The position numbers and the translations under genes are program-made. The notes beneath the pieces were generated by a model that saw nothing but the letters and a program-made list of their open reading frames with translations, searched no databases and was not told the origin of the DNA. From assembly GCA_963841015.1 (NCBI GenBank), contig CAWJAX010000005.1:32001-96000 (forward strand): a stretch of 64,000 nucleotides of DNA. Reading direction: 5' to 3'. The stretch's first letter is position 1. The number at the start of each line of letters is the position of its first letter. Of the stretch, positions 26,347-35,617 are shown one piece after another. The DNA comes from an uncultured Methanoregulaceae archaeon (lineage in GTDB: Archaea; Halobacteriota; Methanomicrobia; Methanomicrobiales; Methanospirillaceae).

Positions 26347-26913
26347 TCAGGAGAGCGAATTTATTTTTTTGCTCTTTGGTATGCTCATGCCCTCGATTGC
26401 ATCAAATGCTTCCGGGTATTTCACTATGCCCTGAATGCCATCCAGTGCGCCGGGGTCCAGGGCAAGTACCATAAATACATCGTCGGCAACAGCGAATGGC
26501 GCTACAATACCATTTGCCCGTGCTGAGCGAAATCCATACCGGGGATAATATCCCGGGTGGCCGATGACAATAACAATACGATGCCCAAGAGTCCGGCATA
26601 CGTTAAGTCCCTCTTCAATGAGCGCGGCGCCAACACCACGGCATTGGTAATCCGGGTGCACCACAAGCGGGGCAAGAGCAATCGCCGGGGTGATTCCCCG
26701 GGGAGATTCGATGGTGACGGGGGGAAACATGATATGCCCGATGATCCTTTCCCCATCAACTGCGACCAGCGAAAGTTCGGGATTGAAAACCCTGGCATCC
26801 CGCAGGGCATCTACCAGACGTGCTTCGTCATAATGAGCAAACGCCTGGTAGTTTACCTCAAAAATTGCAGGAATATCCGCAGGAATTTCCTGCCGGATAA
26901 AAAAGGAATCCAT
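26347..26913 (-). CDS. GNAT N-acetyltransferase (YhbS-like)
   Basis: LAPLVVHPDYQCRGVG, GHPGYYPRYGF. Confidence 0.9.
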   Translation of the reverse strand: MDSFFIRQEIPADIPAIFEVNYQAFAHYDEARLVDALRDARVFNPELSLVAVDGERIIGHIMFPPVTIESPRGITPAIALAPLVVHPDYQCRGVGAALIEEGLNVCRTLGHRIVIVIGHPGYYPRYGFRSARANGIVAPFAVADDVFMVLALDPGALDGIQGIVKYPEAFDAIEGMSIPKSKKINSLS

Positions 26914-27062
26914 CCTGTCCTATTAGGTGGCTGGGCAGATAAGGGAGAGGTTCGTGGACTACCTGATTCAACATGTAAAAAACATTCCTTAAATCATTGA
27001 CAGCGGGTTGATTCCGGTTTATCAAAGGGTGTAAATGTGAGTACTGCAAACCTCCTTTTAGA

Positions 27063-27962
27063 ATGAACCAGACCATCAGGGCATATATCGATCTTACCCG
27101 GCTCCAGTTTTTCTTTGCTTGGCCACTTCTCTTCTGTTCGGGATACCTGCTTGCGACCACCGTCTACGGAAATTTCGCATGGTTCGATCTCGCACGGGTT
27201 TCTTTGATTGGATTCTTCGGCTTTGAAGCCGGGCTTGTCCTGAATGATTATATCGATCGAAATTACGACAAAAAGGACATCGAATCGGATAAGCTCACGA
27301 AATACTGGCGGATATTTAAAACCCGGCCGATCGCCGCAGGGCTGATTTCCCCCAACCAGGCATTAGGACTTTTCATCGGTTTAGCCGCCATCACTACCGT
27401 TCTTATCGTAACACTCCCGTATCCGCACTCACTGATAGTCCTTCTCATCATGATCTACAGTTATACCATAGAAATATTCTACCAGATCGAGAAACGGCAG
27501 CCCCAGCAATTCCCCTTTGCCCAGCTTATCGGCAGAACGGATTTCGCCCTGTTTCCGGTTGCCGGGTATCTCTGTATCGGGAACCCTGACCTGAATGCAT
27601 TCCTGTACTTTGTTTTTTTCTACCCGTTTGCTCTGGCACACCTTGGGGCTAATGACCTGATCGATGTGGCAAATGACCGTGCAAGAGGAATGAGTACCAT
27701 CCCGATACTCTATGATATTCCCAGGACAACCTACTGGATTGCGGGATTTACGATTATCCATGCGATGATGGCGTTCCTTTTCATGACACGGCTTGGATGG
27801 ATCGGCCGTGCGGGTCTTTTAATCGGGCTGATACTCCTCATGGCTGCAAATATCGTGATCCTGAAGAAAAAGACACCGGAAGCCGGTCTGAAAGTGCTTC
27901 CACTTTTCCATGTAACGATGCTCGTTTACGCAGGATCGATTGGGCTGGATTCGGTACTGTAA
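27063..27962 (+). CDS. UbiA-family prenyltransferase
   Basis: NDYIDRNYD, RPIAAG, NDLIDVAND motifs; multiple TM segments. Confidence 0.88.
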   Translation: MNQTIRAYIDLTRLQFFFAWPLLFCSGYLLATTVYGNFAWFDLARVSLIGFFGFEAGLVLNDYIDRNYDKKDIESDKLTKYWRIFKTRPIAAGLISPNQALGLFIGLAAITTVLIVTLPYPHSLIVLLIMIYSYTIEIFYQIEKRQPQQFPFAQLIGRTDFALFPVAGYLCIGNPDLNAFLYFVFFYPFALAHLGANDLIDVANDRARGMSTIPILYDIPRTTYWIAGFTIIHAMMAFLFMTRLGWIGRAGLLIGLILLMAANIVILKKKTPEAGLKVLPLFHVTMLVYAGSIGLDSVL

Positions 27963-28018
27963 CTGGCGGGAACTTTCTTTCTTTTTTTTGGGGGGGATTG
28001 ATAAGGAAAACTGCACCA

Positions 28019-28690
28019 TCAGATTTTCAGCAACCACTCATGGTCTTTCAACCAGTGCCTGCGCTGCTCGAAATCCGGCATTATTTTTCTTATCTTATCC
28101 CAGAATTTTTTCGAATGGTCAGGCTGGTCGATATGGACAAGTTCATGCACCACCACGTAATCAACAATTTCGGGAGGAGCCTGGATCAGACGCCAGCTGA
28201 AATTAAGTCCCCGCTTGTGGGTACATGACCCCCATCGCTTCCGTGCATCGGTAATACGGATCGTGGCCGGAACATGACCCGTTTTTAAGGAGAACCACAT
28301 GCATCGGGCCTGGATTTCCTTACGGGCTTCCTCTCTGTACCAGTGTTTGAGCTGGTTCCTGATATCCGGTACGAGCCTACTGGACACATACAGGCTGTCG
28401 CTGCGTTCAATTGTCACACTTCCGTTTTTAACAATGTGCAGCGGGTATGAACGCCCGAGAAAGAGGAACATCTCCCCCTCGGCATACTCATGCACAGGTG
28501 AGAGCGGACGCCGCTTCACCTCATCCATTTTCCGCAGGATCCATGATCTCTTCTGCCGGATTATCTCCCCTATGTCCGAAGAGGATGCACGGAAGGGTGC
28601 CCTGACAACAAGGGTCGCGCCAGAGGTAATTTCGAGTGCAATGGTCCTGCGACGAGAGCGTACAATTTTCTCTACAGGGATTTCTTCCAT
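28019..28690 (-). CDS. YgjP-like (M48/SprT-type) metal-dependent hydrolase
   Basis: RWGSC, DYVVVHELVH, HSKKFW. Confidence 0.9.
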   Translation of the reverse strand: MEEIPVEKIVRSRRRTIALEITSGATLVVRAPFRASSSDIGEIIRQKRSWILRKMDEVKRRPLSPVHEYAEGEMFLFLGRSYPLHIVKNGSVTIERSDSLYVSSRLVPDIRNQLKHWYREEARKEIQARCMWFSLKTGHVPATIRITDARKRWGSCTHKRGLNFSWRLIQAPPEIVDYVVVHELVHIDQPDHSKKFWDKIRKIMPDFEQRRHWLKDHEWLLKI

Positions 28691-28771
28691 GACTACAGAC
28701 TACCTGCCATAGATTACCTGCACAGTGTTTGTTGTGCGACAAAAAAAGGGTCGGGATACTGCATCGGTACT

Positions 28772-29467
28772 TCAGGAGGTGGTTTTCCCGTTAATCCCGT
28801 CACTGACAATCTTACCATCTCTCAACCTGATAATGCGGTGGAAATAATCCTTGTGCCAGTCCTCGTGAGACACCATCACAATGGTCTGGCGCATTGACTC
28901 ATTGATTTCCTTAAAAAGTTCAAGCACTATCTGCGAATTTTCCGTATCAAGGTTGGCGCATGGCTCATCTGCAAAGAGAATATCCGGTTTATTTACCATC
29001 GCACGGGCAAGCGAAACCCTCTGCTGCTGGCCGCCGGAGAGTTCCCGGGGAAGGTGGTCCCGCCGTTCACCTAGTCCGATTTTCTGCAATATCTCAAAGC
29101 TGTCCTTCTTTAACTGCTCCTCAGTGCGGTCTTTTCTGAGCATTGCGGTAAGGGAGACGTTCTCCATCACTGTCAGGTCGGGAACAAGTGCGTAATCCTG
29201 GAAGACATACCCGAGCTTGTAGAGCCGGAACATGGTTTTCTCGTAATCGGTGAGTTTTAAGATATCCAGCCCGTCAATCACAATTTTACCTGAAGTGGGA
29301 AGATCCAGGAGTCCCAGCATATGCAGGAGTGTAGTCTTACCACTTCCGCTCGGTCCCATGATACCAAGAAACTCTCCTTTTTCAATGGTGAGCGAGACCC
29401 CGTCAAGGGCTTTCACTTCGACATTTCCCATATGGTAGGTTTTCCGCAATTCTGAAATCTCGATCAT
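28772..29467 (-). CDS. ABC transporter ATP-binding protein (LolD/MacB-type)
   Basis: GPSGSGKT, LSGGQQQR, ADEP. Confidence 0.95.
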   Translation of the reverse strand: MIEISELRKTYHMGNVEVKALDGVSLTIEKGEFLGIMGPSGSGKTTLLHMLGLLDLPTSGKIVIDGLDILKLTDYEKTMFRLYKLGYVFQDYALVPDLTVMENVSLTAMLRKDRTEEQLKKDSFEILQKIGLGERRDHLPRELSGGQQQRVSLARAMVNKPDILFADEPCANLDTENSQIVLELFKEINESMRQTIVMVSHEDWHKDYFHRIIRLRDGKIVSDGINGKTTS

Positions 29468-29468
29468 A

Positions 29469-30689
29469 TCAGGACCTCATGGCAGCCTGGATATCCTCAC
29501 GGGAGACCTGGTAAGCAGGAACATACCCGGCCACGACCGCTGCACAGAACAGGATCACGGAATTGAACAAAAGATCCCAAGGCGTGATATACAGGGTGGC
29601 AGACCATTCCGGTGTAACAATGGGATGAACTGACATGTATGCTGCGAGCAGGAGCGTGATGATAATTCCGAGAATAATACCAAGGATCCCGAGAATGATA
29701 ACCTGGAAGCCGTAGTTATGCATAATAACCTCCTTATCCACACCGATAGCCTTGAGAATTCCAATCTGCTTGCGGCTGTTGAGGGTCTTGATTGTGATAA
29801 CGATGAACAACACGACCGTTGTAATGATGATGCTGACAAACAGGGACACCGCGTTAATAATGGCAAAACTCTGGAGCACCTTGCCTACGCTCTTACTCAG
29901 CAGGTCAGTCATGGACTGGACTTGTCCGTTTCCTCCCACCCCATAAGCGAGGAGCTCGTTCTTGATGAACTGCTCGGTGTACCCGGGTTTTGCTTTCACA
30001 GTGATGTAATCTGCTTTGTCAAGCGTCTTTCCTTCAACCTCTTCCATATCCGTCCAGGTCACAAACGCTGCGTTATCAACCGGACTCCAACCGGTGGCAT
30101 AGATCCCCTTGACCCGGTAATCTTTCGTATACCCGTTGCCGTACTCAACGGTGATCGAGTCTCCGACACGGACACCCCCCAGCGATGGCTGGAATTCGTC
30201 TTCCTGGCGGACGGTGGCATCACCGGCTATCGGTTTCCCGATAATTATCTCCCCGGTATCCCCTTCTCCCAGATAACTGCCGGCAACCATTTTCGTATAG
30301 ACCGGGGATACTTCCTTCTCATCCGTGGGCGAGATGGCTCGCACGGAAACGCCGAGGACCCGCTGCCTATACTTGAAGGTCCCTCCCTTCGAATAATGGG
30401 GGGATGCCCGCTGTACGCCCGGCATACCATTGATCAGATCGAGCGTGGATCCAAGGTCGGTAATATACTGGTCGCCCGGTTTGGGGCTGACAAGGATATT
30501 TGAGAACTCATAATCCACCAGCTGTGTTGTAATGCTCTGGCCAATCCCACTGAACATGGAGGGGAGGAAGAGCATATTGGTAAAGCACAATCCGATAATC
30601 AGGATTGTCAGGATCGCGCTTGAGCGGCTTCCCCGCTGAAGCGAACGCAGCGCCAGCAGGAATGCCACTTTTAGTTCTTTTTGTCCCAT
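29469..30689 (-). CDS. FtsX/MacB-like ABC permease
   Basis: N-terminal TM, large extracytoplasmic loop, IGILKAIG, three C-terminal TM segments; start MGQKELK. Confidence 0.85.
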   Translation of the reverse strand: MGQKELKVAFLLALRSLQRGSRSSAILTILIIGLCFTNMLFLPSMFSGIGQSITTQLVDYEFSNILVSPKPGDQYITDLGSTLDLINGMPGVQRASPHYSKGGTFKYRQRVLGVSVRAISPTDEKEVSPVYTKMVAGSYLGEGDTGEIIIGKPIAGDATVRQEDEFQPSLGGVRVGDSITVEYGNGYTKDYRVKGIYATGWSPVDNAAFVTWTDMEEVEGKTLDKADYITVKAKPGYTEQFIKNELLAYGVGGNGQVQSMTDLLSKSVGKVLQSFAIINAVSLFVSIIITTVVLFIVITIKTLNSRKQIGILKAIGVDKEVIMHNYGFQVIILGILGIILGIIITLLLAAYMSVHPIVTPEWSATLYITPWDLLFNSVILFCAAVVAGYVPAYQVSREDIQAAMRS

Positions 30690-31946
30690 GGGAGTTTTCC
30701 GTTCCCGTTCCTTTTTGGTAAGTACCAGTACCCGGTATGCCACGAACCCCAGGATACCAAGGATGATGAGACCGATAATTATTGTACCTGACTGGTCTGC
30801 TGCTGGCACCCTCAGGTTCATCTGCCGTATCTGGGTATGGACTCCCATATCATCGGTATACGAGAGGGTAAGGTTATAAGGGTAGTTGCCGGCTTTGATT
30901 CCTTCAAGAAGGAATACGGCTGGTGCATCATTACCGGGCTTGATCTTTCCGATAAAAGCTTCTTTTGTGCCTTCTGCAGGGAGATCAATCTTCGCCGAGA
31001 CCTGTTTTGCCTCCCCGGTTCCGGTGTTTTCAATGCGAATAGTGAGATCAAATGGTGTGTTTTCTGAAAGTCGCGGGGGGTTTGTATCCACAGAAACAAA
31101 CCCTAATTCGGCCTTGCCTTTCATCATCAAATCGATCCCGCTCATCTGGGTGCGGTGGGCTCCATCAATTGCATTGTAACTGATAGTGACCGGAATCCTG
31201 ACAAGACCGGCTGTTGTTTTTTTATCTGACAGCAAGGTGAGTTCGACGGTCTTCATTCCACCAGCCGTGATAGCCCCGAGATGATATGCATCAGCACTCT
31301 TTGGAGCCACTGTTGCACTAACATTCTCGATTCTGATAATCACATCGTCGGCAAGCGTCTGCCCGGCGTTATTTATGGTAAGTGTCACCGGGATCTCATC
31401 GCCGGGGTTCACATTGCCACTCAGCGAGCTTGCCATGATAAGTATTGCCTGCCTCTCTATTCCCACGGCTGTGTTAACATTTACGGGGACAGGGTATCTG
31501 GTACTCCTTCCGCCGGTTGTATCAATCCATACTTCAGGAAAATACATCCCGCTTTTTGAAGGTGCCTGTATAGAAAACGTCAACGGTATGGATTGGCCGG
31601 GCCCTATCTCACCCACATGCTGAAAATCCCTGCTCTGGACAATGATCCCATTACCCTCGAGCTTGACATTTTCAATATTGACATTGATATCCGTAACTTT
31701 CGTGGTCGCTGCATCTGTCATTACCAGCCCTGTATTCTCTTTGAGGGTGGCACTTGTTGCCGTATTTTTCACGATAATGGTGATAGTCCCGAGACTGTCC
31801 GGCATCAGAACCGAGGGGGCTACCTTATATTCGGTAATTGCAACGGTTGGTGCATCTGCTGCTGACACAGGCAATGCACATGCTCCCAGAATGAGAACCG
31901 CTATGAGCACGCCTGATTGAAGAGATGTCTGGAACAGTGCCGGCAT
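30671..31946 (-). CDS. COG1361 S-layer-domain protein (indel at about 30733 fuses it to the permease in the ORF track)
   Basis: Signal peptide, repeated Ig-like units (I.N.G...A..V), C-terminal TM. Removing one G gives ...YRYWYLPKRNGNGKLPWDKKN-stop. Confidence 0.8.
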
Positions 31947-32062
31947 CTTCGGTATTTTCCTGTTTTTTGAAATTGATGACATGAGTATTGTCATAGAGTA
32001 ACTCCGAACCGGGTCAAAACCGGAATTAGTAGTATAAAGTGCAATACCCAAAGTTATTAAAC

Positions 32063-32075
32063 TTACCATTGGTAA
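32063..32075. promoter_or_regulatory. Candidate TetR operator palindrome
   Basis: TTACCA-T-TGGTAA between the divergent tetR gene and the S-layer/ABC operon. Confidence 0.5.
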
Positions 32076-32146
32076 CTTAATATTACCAAGAGTATCACCT
32101 GCTTTGATCGGGGGATTACCTGACGCGCAAACCGGATGTCACCTTC

Positions 32147-32725
32147 ATGCCACGCATTATTCACGAATACAGGGAGGAAGTCAGAAAAAAGATTGTCGAA
32201 GCAGCGTACAGTCTTTTTCTCCACAAAGGGTATCACGGTACAACCATGAGTGCTATCGCCGAAGTTCTCGGTGTCACAAAAACGGCACTGTATCAGTATT
32301 TTCCCGGAAAGGAGGACCTGTACGCGGCCGTTGCCGAACATGGTCGTGAGGAACTGGCCGCAATCCTGGAACGATCCTTCAAAAAAAGGGATTTGCGAAG
32401 CGGTAGTGAGGTTCTTTTTGATACCCTTGCCCGGTACACCCCCCAGTTCAGCGGCATTTATTCAGAGATGATGATGCTTGCTATGCATAACGAACGGATC
32501 CGGAACCTGCTCCATGAAGACCGGATTGAGGATATCCGTGTTGTTGAGCGATTTATAACAAGGCAGCAGGAAACCGGACTGGTATCCGGCCAGCTCAATC
32601 CCCGCGTACTTGCGATCGCATGCGATGCACTCATGAACGGCCTTCTCATTGATATTATGTCAGGAATGGATAAAGAAGAGGCAAAAAAGATCTGGATTGC
32701 AGCCGTCACCCAGCTGACGGAATAA
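32147..32725 (+). CDS. TetR/AcrR-family regulator
   Basis: GYHGTTMSAIAEVLGVTKTALYQYFPGKEDL helix-turn-helix. Confidence 0.93.
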   Translation: MPRIIHEYREEVRKKIVEAAYSLFLHKGYHGTTMSAIAEVLGVTKTALYQYFPGKEDLYAAVAEHGREELAAILERSFKKRDLRSGSEVLFDTLARYTPQFSGIYSEMMMLAMHNERIRNLLHEDRIEDIRVVERFITRQQETGLVSGQLNPRVLAIACDALMNGLLIDIMSGMDKEEAKKIWIAAVTQLTE

Positions 32726-32786
32726 AACGATAAACGGCTTCAATTCCAGCTTGTCTTAAAATTAGGGGCTGTACTAGATTCGAGTT

Positions 32787-32863
32787 TTATATATCCCCTC
32801 ACAGCCTCAATGTTTCGAGTTGTTGCATGGGTGTTCCGTAATTAAGCATGAATCTCACACTTC
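32787..32863 (-). pseudogene. C-terminal remnant of an IS1016-type transposase
   Basis: Translates as CE/FMLNYGTPMQQLETLRL*GDI*, matching the recalled IS1016 tail (ECEFRFNxGTPxQQLKxLRxWCGI); contains an indel and an internal stop. Confidence 0.75.
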
Positions 32864-32933
32864 GACGAGCCACTGAGTGTAGCTCAGCCGCCCCAGCCGT
32901 TGACAATCCGCCAAATATCCCCTCTGCCTCACA

Positions 32934-33680
32934 TCACCGCGCCATCAGCGCGAATACGCCCCATCCAAGGTATTCACGCGTGTACGCGGCGTAGCGTTTT
33001 GGTTCCAAAGTCAGTTTGGCTCTAATATCTTTCGCGAGGTCGTCGTCGGGGTTCGCTTCAAGCCATCGGCGCATGGTGAGCCACTTGGCCGCTTCGTACC
33101 TATCCCAGCCTTCCTGGTCAGCCAGAACCATCTCCACAACATCGTAATCGAGGTCGCCGAAAGACGCGAGAAGTTCTGGAAGGATGAGAAAGTCGGAGAT
33201 AGAATTGGCAGAGCATCCCCTGGCAACGTCTTCCGTCGGGGGTAACCGCAGCCAGTAGGGCTCGCCGATGAGGATGATTCCTTCGGAGCGGAGACTCTTC
33301 GCCAAAAGATCGATGGTGCCGACGACTCCTCCACCGATCCACGTAGCACCGAGACAGGCTGCCACACCGACCTTTTCGGCAGCGACGTAGCCGACAGCGT
33401 CGCCATGGATGAACTCAACTCGATCGGCCACTCCGAGTTCTTCAGCGCGGAGTTTCGCTTGCTCGGTGAACAACTGGCTCATGTCGATGCCGACACCCAT
33501 GATTCCGTAATCGCGTGCCCAGGTGCATAGCATCTCGCCCGAACCGCTGCCGAGGTCGAGCACCCGAGTCCCCGATTCCAGGCGCAACACTGCGCCGAGA
33601 GTGGCGAGCTTTTCTGGTGTGAACGGGTTATGGATGCGGTGAGCACTTTCGGTAATGGTGAACATACGTGGGATGTCCAA
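32934..33680 (-). CDS. YjhP-like class I SAM methyltransferase (passenger)
   Basis: DIPRMFTITESAHRIHNPFT, LDLGSGSGEMLCTWARD, GWDRYEAAKWLTMRRWLEANPDDD; TTG start after AAAAGGAG. Confidence 0.9.
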   Translation of the reverse strand: MDIPRMFTITESAHRIHNPFTPEKLATLGAVLRLESGTRVLDLGSGSGEMLCTWARDYGIMGVGIDMSQLFTEQAKLRAEELGVADRVEFIHGDAVGYVAAEKVGVAACLGATWIGGGVVGTIDLLAKSLRSEGIILIGEPYWLRLPPTEDVARGCSANSISDFLILPELLASFGDLDYDVVEMVLADQEGWDRYEAAKWLTMRRWLEANPDDDLAKDIRAKLTLEPKRYAAYTREYLGWGVFALMAR

Positions 33681-33697
33681 TGCACACACTCCTTTTA

Positions 33698-33871
33698 CTA
33701 AGTTGTGTAATAACTGGAATATACCCTTAGTGATTGTAGCAGAGCTGCCGTATTGGGGTGAATATCAAGCAAATTAGCTGCTGATCTTGCGGTAACTTCC
33801 AGCACGAAATATTCAAGCAGCCTAAGTTGAGTATTTTTCTTTAATTTACAATTGTTTCGCTTCATTTTCAT
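33698..33871 (-). pseudogene. N-terminal remnant of an IS1016-type transposase (57-aa mini-ORF)
   Basis: MKMKRNNCKLKKNTQLRLLEYFVLEVTARSAANLLDIHPNTAAL, followed by an unrelated tail; below the ORF-track length cutoff. Confidence 0.85.
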
Positions 33872-33924
33872 AGATTAGCATATTGGCTAATCTAGTACAG
33901 CACCGAAAATTATAAAAAAAATAA

Positions 33925-35616
33925 TTATCTGTGGGTAAAATACGCTCTTACCCCTTTAGAATCTACGACATCAACCTTTACAAACCCGATGCGCTCGAAC
34001 TGGACTACATTCCCCGGTTCATTTTTCACTGCTTGTTCGCAGGCACCCGACATTTCGCCTTCCTGCGTGAGGAGTGTACAGGTAACTGAGTTCTGCACAG
34101 GCAGCCACTGGATGATCGGAGCCTTTGCTGCACGGGCTTCCCCGAGGGATTCCCCGGCATAGGAGAACGTGGGGATGTTTCCGTTCCATGCAATCTTCAC
34201 ATTAAAGAGGTCCTTGAGCCGGACCATCGTTGCATCCTGAGTGATCTCACTTCCTGGCAGGAGAACAGTTCCTTCAAATTTCAGGGTACGGGTACCTCTT
34301 GCAGCATCGCTTGGGTGGAGCATCGCATGTGCAGTATGGGGCTGTGCGCCACCAATGTGTGCAGTTACCGGATCCGGCACAAAGAAATACCGGTTTGCCA
34401 CCGGGTCAACGATCTTCTTGTTTTCTGCATAGAGGTTATCCCACGAGAATGAGATGTCGGTGTCACCGATCCCTATTGCCAGAACGGCATTCTTTACCGC
34501 ATCAGGATTGATCCCCCTCCGTGCAAGAGCACGGAGCGTTCCGAGCCGGATATCATCCCATCCGGTAAAGGTCCCATCGTTGATACCCAGGCGCATCTGT
34601 GAAGTAGAAAGAACAACACCTTCGATCCCCATCCTGCCATAGTGCCGGTAGACCGGCACCTCCCAGCCAAAATGGTCGTAGATATAGCGTTGCCGCCGGG
34701 TGTTTGCAATGTGGTCCTTGCCCCGGATCACATGGGTAACCCCCAGCAGGTGATCATCTGCAACGACCGAGAAGTTCATGAGGGGGTAGACATGCGCTGT
34801 TACCTTGGGATGAGGGGGAGAATCGAGAATTCGGAAGGCGGGGAAGTCCCGCATGGCCGGATCGGGATTGTTGAGATCGGTTTTTATCCGGACGGTCACC
34901 TCCCCTTCCCTGAACGTGTGATCGAGCATCTTCTCCCAGAGCTCGAGGTTTTGCTCCACTGGCTGGTCCCTGCACGGGCATGCAGTCTTTGCCTGCTTGA
35001 GTTCCTTAAAGTGCTCGTTGTTGCAGGTGCAGACATAGGCCCCCCCCCGCCCAATCAATTGTTTGCAAAGATCGTAGTAGAGCGGCAGACGATCACTCTG
35101 CGTGACGGTCTCGGTGATGCCAAGACCGAGCCATGCAATATCTTCGATGACCATTGCATACGCATCGGGATCAACACGTTTCGGGTCGGTGTCCTCTATG
35201 CGAAGGATATACCTTCCACCGTATTGTTTCACGTAGGCATCGTTCAGCACCGCAGCACGGGCATGCCCGAGATGAAGAGGCCCCGAAGGATTCGGCGCAA
35301 ACCGCATTACCACGCCCTGTTCTGCACCTTCCAGATCCGGGAGCCCCTTCCGGTGCTCATGTTTTACAAAAAGGGCATCGTACATGTCAGGGGCAAGGTC
35401 CTGTAGTTTTCTTACCCGATCTTCCGCAGAGAGTGCAGCAACATCGGCAATGGCTTCTTTTGCCAGAACTGCAACTTCTTTTGCCCGTGGGCGAAATTCG
35501 GGGTGGGCACCCATCACCATACCGACCACGGCACCGGCCTGCGGTACACCTCCGTGCTTCACCGCATTCTGGAGTGCACAGAGGAAAAGGAGTTCTTTTG
35601 GGTCATCCCCCGCCAT
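33925..35616 (-). CDS. gltX: Glutamate--tRNA ligase (archaeal)
   Basis: RFAPNPSGPLHLGH, RIEDTDP, HVIRGKDH, QFERIGF. Confidence 0.97.
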   Translation of the reverse strand: MAGDDPKELLFLCALQNAVKHGGVPQAGAVVGMVMGAHPEFRPRAKEVAVLAKEAIADVAALSAEDRVRKLQDLAPDMYDALFVKHEHRKGLPDLEGAEQGVVMRFAPNPSGPLHLGHARAAVLNDAYVKQYGGRYILRIEDTDPKRVDPDAYAMVIEDIAWLGLGITETVTQSDRLPLYYDLCKQLIGRGGAYVCTCNNEHFKELKQAKTACPCRDQPVEQNLELWEKMLDHTFREGEVTVRIKTDLNNPDPAMRDFPAFRILDSPPHPKVTAHVYPLMNFSVVADDHLLGVTHVIRGKDHIANTRRQRYIYDHFGWEVPVYRHYGRMGIEGVVLSTSQMRLGINDGTFTGWDDIRLGTLRALARRGINPDAVKNAVLAIGIGDTDISFSWDNLYAENKKIVDPVANRYFFVPDPVTAHIGGAQPHTAHAMLHPSDAARGTRTLKFEGTVLLPGSEITQDATMVRLKDLFNVKIAWNGNIPTFSYAGESLGEARAAKAPIIQWLPVQNSVTCTLLTQEGEMSGACEQAVKNEPGNVVQFERIGFVKVDVVDSKGVRAYFTHR

Positions 35617-35617
35617 C

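Larger units (their letters stand above)
32765..33904 (-). mobile_element. Non-autonomous IS1016-group (IS1595 family) derivative carrying a passenger gene
   Basis: 16-bp TIRs GGGGCTGTACTAGATT / GGTGCTGTACTAGATT (15/16), flanking repeats TAAAATTA / GAAAATTA, transposase remnants inside both ends. Confidence 0.88.

Noticed and set aside
26347-26913. GNAT as the YjhQ-like partner of the YjhP cargo gene
   Set aside because: It is 6 kb away, outside the inverted repeats, and belongs to a very common family.
29469-32069. 866-aa S-layer/ABC-permease fusion protein
   Set aside because: One extra base at about 30733 explains the fusion; the corrected frame gives a natural stop overlapping the permease start.
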